In this document: in pieces, positions 1 through 9,907 of the stretch
Layout: each line of letters starts with the position of its first letter
How positions within the stretch are numbered: the stretch's first letter is position 1
IMG/VR virus record: IMGVR_UViG_3300036800_000502
Direction: 5' to 3' (one strand)
From: an uncultured virus (IMG/VR IMGVR_UViG_3300036800_000502)
Taxonomy: Duplodnaviria; Heunggongvirae; Uroviricota; Caudoviricetes
DNA: 64,000 bases
Made by a program: the position numbers and the translations under genes
Notes under the pieces: model-generated
What the model saw: only the letters and a program-made list of their open reading frames with translations
What the model was told of the DNA's origin: nothing
Database searches by the model: none

Positions 1-2817
1 CGGGATCACCTGGACCCCGGAGCCGAGGGACGGGCAGGCCGGCTCCGCGCACCCGGGCGGCAGGGTCGGGCCGTTGGCCTGGACGGTGGTCCCCTGAAGG
101 TAGATGCAGTTCCCGATGGCCAGGCCAGGCGACGGGTTGAGGCACAAGAAGTTGGTGTCGGAGCCCTGTTGGTAGGGCTGGAAGGCTACGGGGATCACGC
201 AGCTCTGGCCACGGCTGAGGGTGGTCCCAGCACAGGTGTCCCCGGGTTCTTGGATGAACTCGGTGCCGGCCGACAGCGGCCAGGCGGTGCCGGGGATGCC
301 GACCGACATGGAGTCGGTGCTGTCGTTGACCGGCATGTCGAAGGCGCCGAAGATCGCATCTGACGAGATGGTCTCGGGGCCGCTGGAGGTGTTGGTCACG
401 ATGTCAGAGATGGTCTGGCTGGTCTGGCTGACCGGGGCGGCGAACATGGAAAACGGCATGGCTTGGGAGAAGAGGCAGTTGTTCCCGTAGGTCGACACAC
501 AGGGGGGCGGGGGCGGGGGGATCACCCCGGAGTAGACGAAGGCGTCGGACTGGGTGCCAGATGAGTTCGACCCATCGCCGATAGCAAAACAGACGGTGGT
601 GTCCGGGCACGACACCCCGGTGATCCGGCCGGAGGTGTCGCCGGTTCCCAGGGCGGCCAACGGAATCGGGTTCCCAAGCCCATCTTGTACGGCGGCGCCG
701 CCGCCGGTGGATCCGCCCACCACACAGGACGTGATTGAAGTACACGAGATAGAGGTGGGCGAGAGCCCATTGGACCACGGCGCCCCGCTGTTGGTCCAGG
801 TAGTGCCTGACAGGGTGTATTTGGTGCCGCCGCCCACCGCCACGCAGGAGCCGGCGACGAAACAGGAGATCGAGGTGGCGGAAAAACCAGAGGGGGTGGT
901 GGATGTCCAGACCCCGCCCGAGAGGGTCCATGCTTCCTGGACGGTGGTGTACCCGTCGGGACTGTAAAGCCCGATAGCGACACAAAAGGTGGTGCCCGGG
1001 GCGCACGAGATGGAGTCCATGCCTATGGCTGACCCGCCGGGATTAGGCAGGGTGGCGCTGGTCCAGGTGGTGCCCGAGAGGGTGAACACCATGGGCGACG
1101 AGCTAGCTGCCCAGACCGCTACGCAGGAAGTGATTGACGAGCACGAGATCTCAACAGGCGACCCGACCTGAGCCGAGCTTGCCCCGGGGATGGTGGCGCT
1201 GGTCCAGGCTCCCCCGGAAAGGGTCCAGGTGATTCCGTTCCCGCCACCGGAGCTGCTGTTGTCTGTGAACCCCACCGCCACACAGAAGCCGGCCGCTGGG
1301 CAGGAGATTCCGGTCATTGCGTCGTAGTACGGGACCGCAAGGGTGGTCCAAGTCCCGTTCGTGAGAGCGGCGACGGCGCTGCCTTGGAGGCTGCCACCAT
1401 CAGGGCTGCCACCACCGATACCCCCAGTTGCCCCACAGAAGTCAGCGGTCGGACAGGAGATGGAATTGGGGACGAACGACAGGTTGGCCGGGGTCGGCAT
1501 GTTGGCACTGGTCCAGGCGCCAGCGGCCAGGGTCCAGGCCAGCGGGCCCCCGTTGGGAGTGTTGGCCCCGTTCCCGACCGCTATGCAGTCGGTGGCGGTG
1601 GTACAGGAGATGCCGTTGATCGGGTTGTTGCTCGGCGCTGCTGCTGCTGCCGGCCCCTGGGTCCAGGTACCACTCGAGAAGATGTCGGAGGCCGTCGCGT
1701 AGGTGACCGGCGGCCCGGTGTTCCGGTTCACCCCGGCAGCGACGCAGGCGGTGTCGGAGACGCACGCTATCGTCGTCGGCGAGCCGGGGATAGTGGTGAA
1801 CGCCGAGGTCCCAATCACCCCGACGACATTGCCGGCCACCGACCCACCACTGGCGATGGTGCCGATAGCCATGCAGACGGACGACCCACACGACACCCCG
1901 CTGAATCCGACGACGGTGGAGACCACCACGTCGGTCCAGGCGGTGCCGGCCAGAGTCCAGACAATCCCGTCATTGGTCGGAGAGGTCGGAGAGTAGGTCT
2001 GGGTATCCCCGACCGCATAACAGGAGGTGGCCGAGAGGCAAGAGACCGAACTGGCGGTCGGATGCACGCCGTAGCTCCCGCCGGGAAGGCCGGCGCCGGT
2101 CCAGGTGCCGCCCGAGAGGGTCCATTCGCCACCACCGGTGACCCCGACAGACCCGTTCGTGAGGGTCGCGACCGCTACGCAGGAGCCGGCCGCCGGGCAG
2201 GAGATCGAACTCGGGTAACCAGTGCCGATGTTCGGCAGCCAGGCGGGGGTCCAGGTGGTGCCCGACAGGGTGGTGACGAACGGCGTCGGGGGCTGCGCTC
2301 CCTGGCCGATCCCGAAAGTGGCCGTTGTCCCCCCGACAGCGACGCAGGAGGTGACCGAGGTACAGGAGATCCCGCCGAAGAACACCTGGTAGCCCTTGGT
2401 CTGGGCGGTGTCGGGCATCGTGGTCTGGGTCCAGGTGGTACCCGACAGGACCCAGGCGACCGAATGCTCGGCGGTGGACCAGGTGTAGCCCGCTCCGCCC
2501 GAAAACTCGTTGTCGCCCATGACGCCGACGGCCACACACGAGGTCGGCGACAGGCACGACACCCCCTGGACGGTGGTGCTATTTGGCACCTTCGGGAGGA
2601 TGGTGGCCGCCCACGGGGTCGGGCTGGTGGCGGCGGCCTTGGTGGCCGGGGTCAGCACCACCAGGCCGACCACGAGGGTGGAGACCAGCACCACCAGCGC
2701 CGCGAAGGCCGTGAGGGAGCGACGGAGGACACTGGGTCGGGTTGATTTAGGTGGTGCGGGCCTTCCGGGGTGCCTTCCAGGGGTGAATTTGTGCCTAGCC
2801 CAACCTCGCGCGTCCAT
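1..2817 (-). CDS. Large secreted/surface protein (partial, runs off left edge) with Cys-containing beta-propeller-type repeats and an Ig-like domain
   Basis: Manual translation: signal-peptide-like RRSLTAFAALVVLVSTLVVGLVVLTPATKAAA, many xSCxxxxxCxAVG...LSGTTWT repeats, Pro-rich linker, then CxxxxLxxGQSCVIPVAFQP. Absent from the ORF track because no stop falls in the window. Start at 2817 (after motif B) or 2829. Confidence 0.8.
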   Translation of the reverse strand, partial: MDARGWARHKFTPGRHPGRPAPPKSTRPSVLRRSLTAFAALVVLVSTLVVGLVVLTPATKAAATSPTPWAATILPKVPNSTTVQGVSCLSPTSCVAVGVMGDNEFSGGAGYTWSTAEHSVAWVLSGTTWTQTTMPDTAQTKGYQVFFGGISCTSVTSCVAVGGTTATFGIGQGAQPPTPFVTTLSGTTWTPAWLPNIGTGYPSSISCPAAGSCVAVATLTNGSVGVTGGGEWTLSGGTWTGAGLPGGSYGVHPTASSVSCLSATSCYAVGDTQTYSPTSPTNDGIVWTLAGTAWTDVVVSTVVGFSGVSCGSSVCMAIGTIASGGSVAGNVVGVIGTSAFTTIPGSPTTIACVSDTACVAAGVNRNTGPPVTYATASDIFSSGTWTQGPAAAAAPSNNPINGISCTTATDCIAVGNGANTPNGGPLAWTLAAGAWTSANMPTPANLSFVPNSISCPTADFCGATGGIGGGSPDGGSLQGSAVAALTNGTWTTLAVPYYDAMTGISCPAAGFCVAVGFTDNSSSGGGNGITWTLSGGAWTSATIPGASSAQVGSPVEISCSSITSCVAVWAASSSPMVFTLSGTTWTSATLPNPGGSAIGMDSISCAPGTTFCVAIGLYSPDGYTTVQEAWTLSGGVWTSTTPSGFSATSISCFVAGSCVAVGGGTKYTLSGTTWTNSGAPWSNGLSPTSISCTSITSCVVGGSTGGGAAVQDGLGNPIPLAALGTGDTSGRITGVSCPDTTVCFAIGDGSNSSGTQSDAFVYSGVIPPPPPPCVSTYGNNCLFSQAMPFSMFAAPVSQTSQTISDIVTNTSSGPETISSDAIFGAFDMPVNDSTDSMSVGIPGTAWPLSAGTEFIQEPGDTCAGTTLSRGQSCVIPVAFQPYQQGSDTNFLCLNPSPGLAIGNCIYLQGTTVQANGPTLPPGCAEPACPSLGSGVQVIP

Positions 2818-2857
2818 GCCCATCACCATGCGGCGGTTTCTGAGGTCAGGCGCCTGG

Positions 2858-2944
2858 CTAGAGAAGAACTGCCAGCTCGGATGACCATAGAAGCCTTATC
2901 GGCAGAAGAAGGGTTCCGGCATGAGCCGACCGAGATTCTCGGCC
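2858..2944 (-). pseudogene. Start-less 28-codon fragment homologous to part of the 20493-21518 gene
   Basis: Translates GRESRSAHAGTLLLPIRLLWSSELAVLL* versus GRKSRSAHGGSLLLPIRVIWSSELAVLL at 21314-21231 (23/28 identical). Confidence 0.75.
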
Positions 2945-2945
2945 T

Positions 2946-3494
2946 TCAGCCGTGAGTGAGGATGTTGAAGCGCAGGACCCCCAGCGCAGACAGGCTTTCG
3001 AGGTAGGTGAACTCGGTCTCCGGGTCGATCCAGACGATCCGGCCGGTCGGGGAGGGCCGGTCGGTGAACGGGGAGTAGTCGGTGGCCATCAGCACCAGGG
3101 GCACCTCGATCTGCCAGTCGAACGGATCGTCCTGGCTGGAAACGCCGGCGAACACTGCGCTCCGGTCCGCCATCAGGGCGGTCAGAGCGTCCTCGCCCAG
3201 GCCGGAAATGTCGATGAGCTCCCGGCGGGCGGCATCGTTGACCAGCCAGCGTTGGAATTTGTTGGCCAAGCTGACCAGATCGTCGTAGCGCATGACCAGG
3301 GCGCGGTCATGGCCGTCGTCGGTGTCGGGCAGGTCGACATAGCCGGGGATCCCGGCCGCCACCAGGTCGGTGAGGGAATCGGAGTACACGAGCTCGCCGC
3401 TCATCGGCACCACGCAGTAGGTCCACTCGCCACCATCAGGATGGGGCGGGGGAGCGGTGTCGGGGTTGCCGGCGGGGATGGTGTGGGTGGTCAT
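2946..3494 (-). CDS. Hypothetical protein
   Basis: 182-aa ORF with normal composition, coupled (1-nt overlap) to the upstream GNAT gene. Confidence 0.75.
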   Translation of the reverse strand: MTTHTIPAGNPDTAPPPHPDGGEWTYCVVPMSGELVYSDSLTDLVAAGIPGYVDLPDTDDGHDRALVMRYDDLVSLANKFQRWLVNDAARRELIDISGLGEDALTALMADRSAVFAGVSSQDDPFDWQIEVPLVLMATDYSPFTDRPSPTGRIVWIDPETEFTYLESLSALGVLRFNILTHG

Positions 3495-4033
3495 CAGTAC
3501 CTCGGTTCAGGGTGGGTGGAGGATGGCACGGGGCGTCTCATCAGCAGGACCGGCCGCCTGGTTGATTCAGCAAATGTCGACCCGAACACGTCGAATCCTG
3601 CCTTCGTGTAGAGGGCGAGAGCCCGGTCGCTCTGTTCCAACACTCCTAGCCATACGGGTCGGCGGAGGGCATCTGCTACCTCCAGCAGGTGGTCGACCAA
3701 TCGTCTGGCCACTCCGTGTCCGGCGTGATCGGGATGGACCATGACTCGGATCAGTTCCAGATCGTGTGCGGGGTCCGTTTCGACCCGAGGGTCCTCTCCT
3801 CCGTTGATGAGGCCGGCGAACCCGATGACCTGATTGGTTTGGGGATCCAGGGCTATCTGGCTAGAGACCCAAGGGCCGCCCAACAATCCAAGGGCTTCCG
3901 CCTCGGTGTCGATCACCCACCATCCGGGTGGCGCAAACGACTTCTCTACGGTCAGGAACAGCCGGGCAACGTCGATCCAGTCGTGTTCGCCCGGATCCGC
4001 CAGTCGGAAGGCGGTAGACAGACCGGTGAGCAT
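3494..4033 (-). CDS. GNAT-family N-acetyltransferase
   Basis: VHPDHAGHGVARRLV acetyl-CoA motif and ALALYTKAGF; start 4033 after motif B (ORF track gives 4045). Confidence 0.85.
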   Translation of the reverse strand: MLTGLSTAFRLADPGEHDWIDVARLFLTVEKSFAPPGWWVIDTEAEALGLLGGPWVSSQIALDPQTNQVIGFAGLINGGEDPRVETDPAHDLELIRVMVHPDHAGHGVARRLVDHLLEVADALRRPVWLGVLEQSDRALALYTKAGFDVFGSTFAESTRRPVLLMRRPVPSSTHPEPRY

Positions 4034-4038
4034 GTCGG

Positions 4039-4482
4039 TCACCATGCGGCGATCGCCCCGGCCAGATCCGCCGCCTGGAAGCTGTCCGGCTTGACGATCT
4101 TGCCGTCCTCCCGCCGGAGCGGCACGCCTCCCGGGCCCAGCTTGGACATGTTCGCCCGGTGGACCTCGGCGAAGACTGCATCGAACGGGATGCCGTAGGC
4201 GACGGCGGTTCCGATGGCCACGTACACCAGGTCAGCCAGTTCGCCGGCGAGGTTGGCGATGTCCTGCTTGTCGATCGCCTCGGAGACCTCGCCCAGCTCT
4301 TCGGTCATCAGTCGCATCCGCAGGGCGGCTTCCGCCCCGGGGATGGCGATGTCGGGTCGGCTCCGGACCGGCAGCCCGAAGGTCCGGTGGAACTCGGTGA
4401 CCATCCGGACCGCCGGTGAAGGTTGAGGGCGGCGTCGCTTAGCGGGGGTCGGGGCAGCCAACCAACGGCCCCACCCGCTCAT
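4039..4482 (-). CDS. MazG-like all-alpha nucleoside triphosphate pyrophosphohydrolase
   Basis: EFHRTFG...EELGE...ELADLVYV...EVHRANMSK...REDGKIVKP signature. Confidence 0.85.
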   Translation of the reverse strand: MSGWGRWLAAPTPAKRRRPQPSPAVRMVTEFHRTFGLPVRSRPDIAIPGAEAALRMRLMTEELGEVSEAIDKQDIANLAGELADLVYVAIGTAVAYGIPFDAVFAEVHRANMSKLGPGGVPLRREDGKIVKPDSFQAADLAGAIAAW

Positions 4483-6224
4483 CGGTCCACCCGGCCGTCG
4501 GCGGCGGCGTTGAGCTGACGGCGAGCCTCGTTGGCCCGCTCGTAGCCGTGGAGGACGTCGCCGGTCTCAGGATCTCGGATTGCCTCGGGACGTAGCCGAC
4601 CACTTGGGCTCCGGTCGCCGGCGGTGCCGGAGTTCTGTCCGGAGTTGGAGGAGGTGACCGGGCCGGCCGAGTCGTCCAGCGAGGGGGTGTGCCTGGCGAT
4701 GTCGGCGGCGGAAGGCCGGGCCGCTGTGGTGGTGGGCACCCCGAGCTTCTCCAGCCATGCGGCGTAGTCGGCCGGAGAAGCGAAATAGCTCTTGAAGACC
4801 CCCGGTTCGGTACCGTCGAACTCGAAGACCCCGACGCCCCGGAACGCCCCGCCGGCGTCGTTGACGATGTTGAGGGGAATCTTCGGCACGGCATCGGCAT
4901 CGTTCAGAGCCAGCCGGCGGTTGTTGTCGGTCGGCTTGGATCCGAGCAGGATCTTGGCTCCCAGGTTGGCCCGCAGTTCGGTGGGGATGCCGGTGGAGGT
5001 GGATGCCACCTGGGTGGCGATGACCAGGGCCAGTCCGGTGAACCGCTGCTCCCGGGCGATCTTGCCGATGGTCGAGAGGATGGTGGCCTTCAGTAGGTTC
5101 CGTTCGGCGACCTCGAGGACCAGCGGGTTGTCCTTGGCCACCCCCTTCGGGGTGGGTTCGGGGGCGATCAGCGAGGTGAGTTCGTCGACCACCACCATCA
5201 GCGGCCGCAGGTTGTCCGACGTCGGGAGCTGGGTCCACTTCAGCACCGAGCGGTCCTTGATGAGCTTCTTGCGCCGGACGCCTTCGGCATAGGCCATGTT
5301 CAGCACGCAGCAGGCGGTCCGGAGCTCGTCCCCCCACCCACCTGGGCGGACGAACTGCTCGAACTCAACGAAATCCACGCCGCCCTTGATGGCGTCGACG
5401 ATGGCCAACTCCCAGCCGCGGGCCAGGGCCCCGGAGATCAGGGCCATGGCCGAGACCCCCTTGCCGGAGCCGGTGAGGCCGTTGACCATCCCGTGCGGGT
5501 TGGCCACGAAGTCGGTTTCGAGCTCGGGGCCGTCCTCGCCGCCGGTCCGGCCGAGGATCCGGCCGAGGGGGAGCCGGGCCCAGTCGGTGCTCGTCGGGTC
5601 GAAGCGGGGTGGCTTGGCGAACGGGTAGGGGATCACCACCGGGAAGGTGGGCGGCTCGCCGGGGTTGATCGAGGCCGACAGCCCGGCCGGGTCGATGTCG
5701 ACGTACCAGCCCGCTTTCCCGACCACCTCGGTGGCCACCTCGTCGAGCTTGTCGTCATGCTTGGAGGGGACGTAGCGGTTGGGGAGGTCGAGGTCGAAGC
5801 CACCGTCGGGGCGAGGTGTCACACCCACCTCCCACGGCTTGGCCCCGAGAGCGACGGCCACCGCGCCCCGGCACCGGATCGTGGCTGGGTCCATCTTGGC
5901 CAGGACCGCCTTGCCCAGGAAGGGGTCGAAGCGGACCATCTGGTAGCCGTCGTACTGGTCGGCCATCTTGATGGCCACCCGCTCGCCGTCGGCCGGCTTG
6001 GTCCCTTTGACCAGTCGGACCTCGAAGCTCTCCTGTTCGTCGGTAGAGCTGATCTCGGTGATGGCGGCCTGGCGGGTGGCGAACGCCGTGCCGGCGGCGG
6101 GGTCGATGGAGTCGATCTCGAACCCAGACCCGTACTTGTCGGCGATCATCTTCTCCAGCGACTTGGAGTGGCGGGCGGGGTCGAACCCGTCGGGGAGCTT
6201 GATGGTGATGCGTTCAGTGGCCAC
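4479..6224 (-). CDS. FtsK/SpoIIIE-like P-loop ATPase
   Basis: Walker A GLTGSGKG, IVDAIKGG, Walker B VVVDE, AREQRFTG; start GTG 6224 after motif B (track 6236). Confidence 0.8.
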   Translation of the reverse strand: MATERITIKLPDGFDPARHSKSLEKMIADKYGSGFEIDSIDPAAGTAFATRQAAITEISSTDEQESFEVRLVKGTKPADGERVAIKMADQYDGYQMVRFDPFLGKAVLAKMDPATIRCRGAVAVALGAKPWEVGVTPRPDGGFDLDLPNRYVPSKHDDKLDEVATEVVGKAGWYVDIDPAGLSASINPGEPPTFPVVIPYPFAKPPRFDPTSTDWARLPLGRILGRTGGEDGPELETDFVANPHGMVNGLTGSGKGVSAMALISGALARGWELAIVDAIKGGVDFVEFEQFVRPGGWGDELRTACCVLNMAYAEGVRRKKLIKDRSVLKWTQLPTSDNLRPLMVVVDELTSLIAPEPTPKGVAKDNPLVLEVAERNLLKATILSTIGKIAREQRFTGLALVIATQVASTSTGIPTELRANLGAKILLGSKPTDNNRRLALNDADAVPKIPLNIVNDAGGAFRGVGVFEFDGTEPGVFKSYFASPADYAAWLEKLGVPTTTAARPSAADIARHTPSLDDSAGPVTSSNSGQNSGTAGDRSPSGRLRPEAIRDPETGDVLHGYERANEARRQLNAAADGRVDR

Positions 6225-6257
6225 GCCGATCACCATGCGGCAGCGGAGGCTGGGGTC

Positions 6258-9200
6258 TCACGCAAACGGATCATCAGGGTCACTGGGCGCCGGGGTGGTG
6301 ACAGGGATAGGGATAAGCGAGGCGAACGGGTCGTCGTCCACGGCGGGCACCACCCCGGGTACGGTCACCGGGACGGGTTGGCCCCCAGCTGCACCGCCGC
6401 CCCAGTCCGGGTTCCAGTCCACTTTGTCGGCGAGGCCCTGGCTGGCCCCGGCCGGCTCAGGCACCGGGGCGGGGGTGGTTTCGGCCGGAGGTGGTGGTCC
6501 ATCCGGGGAATCATCCGAGTTATTCGGATTATCCGGGGAACCATCTGGCTCCAGGTCGTCCAGGCTGAACTCCAGCTCGCCGAGGTCGACCAGTTCCGGT
6601 TCGGGCGCCTCGGCCAGGCTGCTCAGCGGCGGGTTCCCGTGGAGCTCGGCGAAGGTTGGCTTCGGGAGGAACGGAGCGAGGTCGGTCTTTTGGTCGGCGT
6701 CGAGTGTCGGCATCCGGATACTGAGTTGTTCGGCCAGCTCGCTTTGGGGGGCGTACCAGCACTGAACGACGACCCCGCTGCCGGCCGTTGTCTCCCAGAT
6801 CCCGCGCCCTCTGGGGATGCCGTCGCCGAGGTCGGGGGCATCGTCGGGGGATCGCAGCGCCACCAGCCGGTCACCGGACGATGCTTTGCCGATGAGCATT
6901 CGAGACAGGTTGGTGCGGAGGTCACTGGCCCCGGGGATGGAGTCCAGCATCTTCGCGTCGAGCCGCTGGGTGCAGAGGACCAGCACGGCCCCGGCCGAAC
7001 GGGCCTCCCGGGCGATCTTGCCGGCGAACACCCCGATCTCCTGGCGGGCGAGGTTGTCGGCGATGATTGCCTCCCGCTCCGCTTCCATGACCAGATCCTC
7101 CGACGGCTTGGGCACGATCGACCGACCGATCAGGGAGCTGAACTCGTCGATCAGTACCACCATGATCGGCGGCGGGTCGTCGAGTTCGCGGAAGGACCCG
7201 ACCCCGGCCGCCGAGTTGGCGTTCTTCCGTCTGACCACCTCGGCGTAGACCGCCTTCATGGCCGCGGCAGCTTCGGCGGGGTTGGTGGCGATTGCTTTGG
7301 CGTAGGGAGCGGCGAACTTGAAGTCAGCTGCCCCTTTCACCGGGTCGATTATGTAGAGGTCAGCCCCAGACGCCGCCGCCCCGTAGAGGATGGCCTGGGC
7401 CAGGACACTCTTCCCGCCACCGGAGAGACCGGCTATCAGCAGATGGGGGTCGAGCTTCGGGTCGAAGACCACCGGCTCACCCTCGATGCCGGTGGCACAG
7501 GCGATCCCGTCGGCCAGGTCGGCCGCATCGAAGTCGAACGGCACCATGTCGGGCAGCGGGCTCTCCCTCGAGACCAGCAGCCGGATCGACGATGCCCCCT
7601 CGGGGGAGTCGCGCAGCTCGATGAAGGAGTTGCCGGTGGCCGCCCCCAGCTTGGACAGCCCCATCCTGACCTTGGTCCGGTCGGCTCCCGCCGGCAAGGC
7701 GAAGTCCAGGACCTCGACTTGGGGGTTGGACGGGAGGGTCCCGGTGCCGGTGAGCTCGGGGACCGCTCCCGAGGTGCCGGTGACGCCAGAATCCTGCCAG
7801 GCGCGCTCCCAGTCAAGGGACACCAGCCGGAGGGCGTCCCGGTCGGTCGACTTCAGCCGGGCATCGGCCGGCGCGGCCCCGGCGAAGAGGACACAGCCGT
7901 TCGGGGCATCGGTCACCCGGAGCCACGGGACCCGGAGGGCTTTGCGGATCCGGTCCGCCCGGCTCCGCACGTCGGAGGAGGTGACGCCATCGTAGAGACG
8001 GAGGCTGATCTCCCACAGCACGGCGGGGGCGTCGTCGTCGGTGAGGGGCCGGGCGTCGATGATCTCGGGTCGGGCGAGCTTGGAGTCGTCGAAGGCGGCG
8101 TTGACCTGTCCGGCCAGGACCCACTGGGCCGCCGGCGCTGGGGGCAGAAGATCGGGGGAGGATGGCACCGCGGCATCGGCCCAGTAGACGGTGAACGCCT
8201 GGGGGTGGCGCTCGCCGTTGGTCACCCACCCGGTGACGGCCACGAACGGGGCCGAGTCCAAACTGGTGGCCAGTTTCTTTTCCAGACCTTGGTACTCACC
8301 GGGCTCGACCCCCAGGCGGGTGGCGAAGGCCAGCCGATTTACCACCACTCCGTTGGACAGAGGCTTCTCCGCCGACACCTGATGTTGGATGGTCGGGGGG
8401 TTGGCGCTCTGCTTCGAGACGTTCTCCCAGATGCTCGTCCACCTGTCTTCGAGGGCCAGGTGGGCGAAGAGGCTGGCCCAGTCGGTGCCCGACTCGCTCT
8501 CGAAGATGGCGGACTCGTCGCCGATTGCCCCGAAGTACAACGATGCGGTCTCCCGGTGGTCGATGGCCACCTGGGTGCCGAAGGCGGTCTCCATGTCACC
8601 GGTGAGGCAGCGGACCGCCTCGAGGTTGGGACCGGCGGGCCAGGCCCACTGAGACCGCCACACCTTGACCGGGGACTCCGGGGCGGTGATGGCGCTGGTG
8701 GTCAGCGGCACCGGCCGGCCGTAGCCACGGGGCTCCAGGGCCCAGACCATGGCGGAGTGGGCCAACAGCTCGGCGAGCTCGGGATCGGTGTCGGTCGCCG
8801 CCGGGTTGGGGATAGCCGCCAGCGGCCAGGACACCACCTCGAACCGGAGCGGATGGCGGGATCCAGGGACCGGGCCGTCGGCGTTGACGTCAGGAGACTC
8901 GAGGACGGCCACCTTCATCCCAGCCCCGAGGGTGGGAGCCAGTTTGGGGCCGAGAGTCCAAAAGGCCATGGCCCCGAGATTGGGTGGGGCGTCGAAGGTG
9001 TCGACGGTGGCCGGACCGACGACCCGGTGGCCGACCAGGGCGGGGGCTGGGTCGAACTTGAGCGACTCCCACCGTGGCCGCCAGATGTCGTTGGCTTCGG
9101 TCACTTCCCTCCACCGGGTGAGGGCCGTCCGTCGCCAGTGGCCGGTGATGGCGGCCATGGCGCCAAGCACCCCCAGCAACGGCCACAACAAGCCGGGGAC

Positions 9201-9881
9201 GGCGATCTTTATGCCGGGGTGGCGACCGGGAGTGGGGTGGTGGACCAGGGCGGGGGCTCCGAACCCGGTCCCGTATTTGGCCACCACGTTGATGACGACG
9301 CCGGCGAGGACCAACCCGAGCAGAGCCCCGACGACCGCGCTGGCCACCACCACGTTGGGAGAATCGGCCACCGTCTCGCCCAACGTGTCGGTCCGCGTCC
9401 CCGGGTGGTTGCCCGGGGCGGCATGGCGGATGACCGCCGCCACCTCGACGACGATGATGAATGCGGCCAGGGCGTTGAGGAGGTGGCCGGAGGGCGCCGG
9501 GAGGGACTTGACCCCGATGACGGGGACCAGGTAGCCGAGGCCCGCAGCCAGAGCGGCAGCGATCCAGGACTCCAGCACCGGGTAGCCGGGCATCCAATCG
9601 GCGCTGGGGACAATGAGCCCGGTCCGGAGTTCCTTCCACATCAACCAGTGCTGGCGAGCGAGCTGCTCGGCGGGGTTGGCCGCGGTCGGGTACCCGTAGG
9701 CGTCCTTCTTCCCGGTCAGGATCCCCGGCTCGGCGACCCAGGCCGCTACCACCAGTCCCAGCCACAGTGCCACCACGCCCGGATACCCGAACCAGGTGGC
9801 GGCGCCGAGGCCGACGACCCCGGCCGCAACGGCGATCGGGGCAAAGGGGAGCTGCGGGGCGGTGTTCTTACGCTGCGCCAT
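6258..9881 (-). CDS. Membrane-anchored FtsK/SpoIIIE-like ATPase
   Basis: N-terminal hydrophobic helices; PHLLIAGLSGGGKS, IIDPVKG, VLIDE, AREARSAG...CTQR; acidic Pro-rich tail. Confidence 0.85.
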   Translation of the reverse strand: MAQRKNTAPQLPFAPIAVAAGVVGLGAATWFGYPGVVALWLGLVVAAWVAEPGILTGKKDAYGYPTAANPAEQLARQHWLMWKELRTGLIVPSADWMPGYPVLESWIAAALAAGLGYLVPVIGVKSLPAPSGHLLNALAAFIIVVEVAAVIRHAAPGNHPGTRTDTLGETVADSPNVVVASAVVGALLGLVLAGVVINVVAKYGTGFGAPALVHHPTPGRHPGIKIAVPGLLWPLLGVLGAMAAITGHWRRTALTRWREVTEANDIWRPRWESLKFDPAPALVGHRVVGPATVDTFDAPPNLGAMAFWTLGPKLAPTLGAGMKVAVLESPDVNADGPVPGSRHPLRFEVVSWPLAAIPNPAATDTDPELAELLAHSAMVWALEPRGYGRPVPLTTSAITAPESPVKVWRSQWAWPAGPNLEAVRCLTGDMETAFGTQVAIDHRETASLYFGAIGDESAIFESESGTDWASLFAHLALEDRWTSIWENVSKQSANPPTIQHQVSAEKPLSNGVVVNRLAFATRLGVEPGEYQGLEKKLATSLDSAPFVAVTGWVTNGERHPQAFTVYWADAAVPSSPDLLPPAPAAQWVLAGQVNAAFDDSKLARPEIIDARPLTDDDAPAVLWEISLRLYDGVTSSDVRSRADRIRKALRVPWLRVTDAPNGCVLFAGAAPADARLKSTDRDALRLVSLDWERAWQDSGVTGTSGAVPELTGTGTLPSNPQVEVLDFALPAGADRTKVRMGLSKLGAATGNSFIELRDSPEGASSIRLLVSRESPLPDMVPFDFDAADLADGIACATGIEGEPVVFDPKLDPHLLIAGLSGGGKSVLAQAILYGAAASGADLYIIDPVKGAADFKFAAPYAKAIATNPAEAAAAMKAVYAEVVRRKNANSAAGVGSFRELDDPPPIMVVLIDEFSSLIGRSIVPKPSEDLVMEAEREAIIADNLARQEIGVFAGKIAREARSAGAVLVLCTQRLDAKMLDSIPGASDLRTNLSRMLIGKASSGDRLVALRSPDDAPDLGDGIPRGRGIWETTAGSGVVVQCWYAPQSELAEQLSIRMPTLDADQKTDLAPFLPKPTFAELHGNPPLSSLAEAPEPELVDLGELEFSLDDLEPDGSPDNPNNSDDSPDGPPPPAETTPAPVPEPAGASQGLADKVDWNPDWGGGAAGGQPVPVTVPGVVPAVDDDPFASLIPIPVTTPAPSDPDDPFA

Positions 9882-9907
9882 CGCTGGTCACCATGCGGCG
9901 CAGCGGG

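Noticed and set aside
4424..4432. Motif A copies inside coding regions (also near 17349 and 29843)
   Set aside because: No start codon at the 9-nt spacing; may be chance matches in GC-rich DNA, so not counted.
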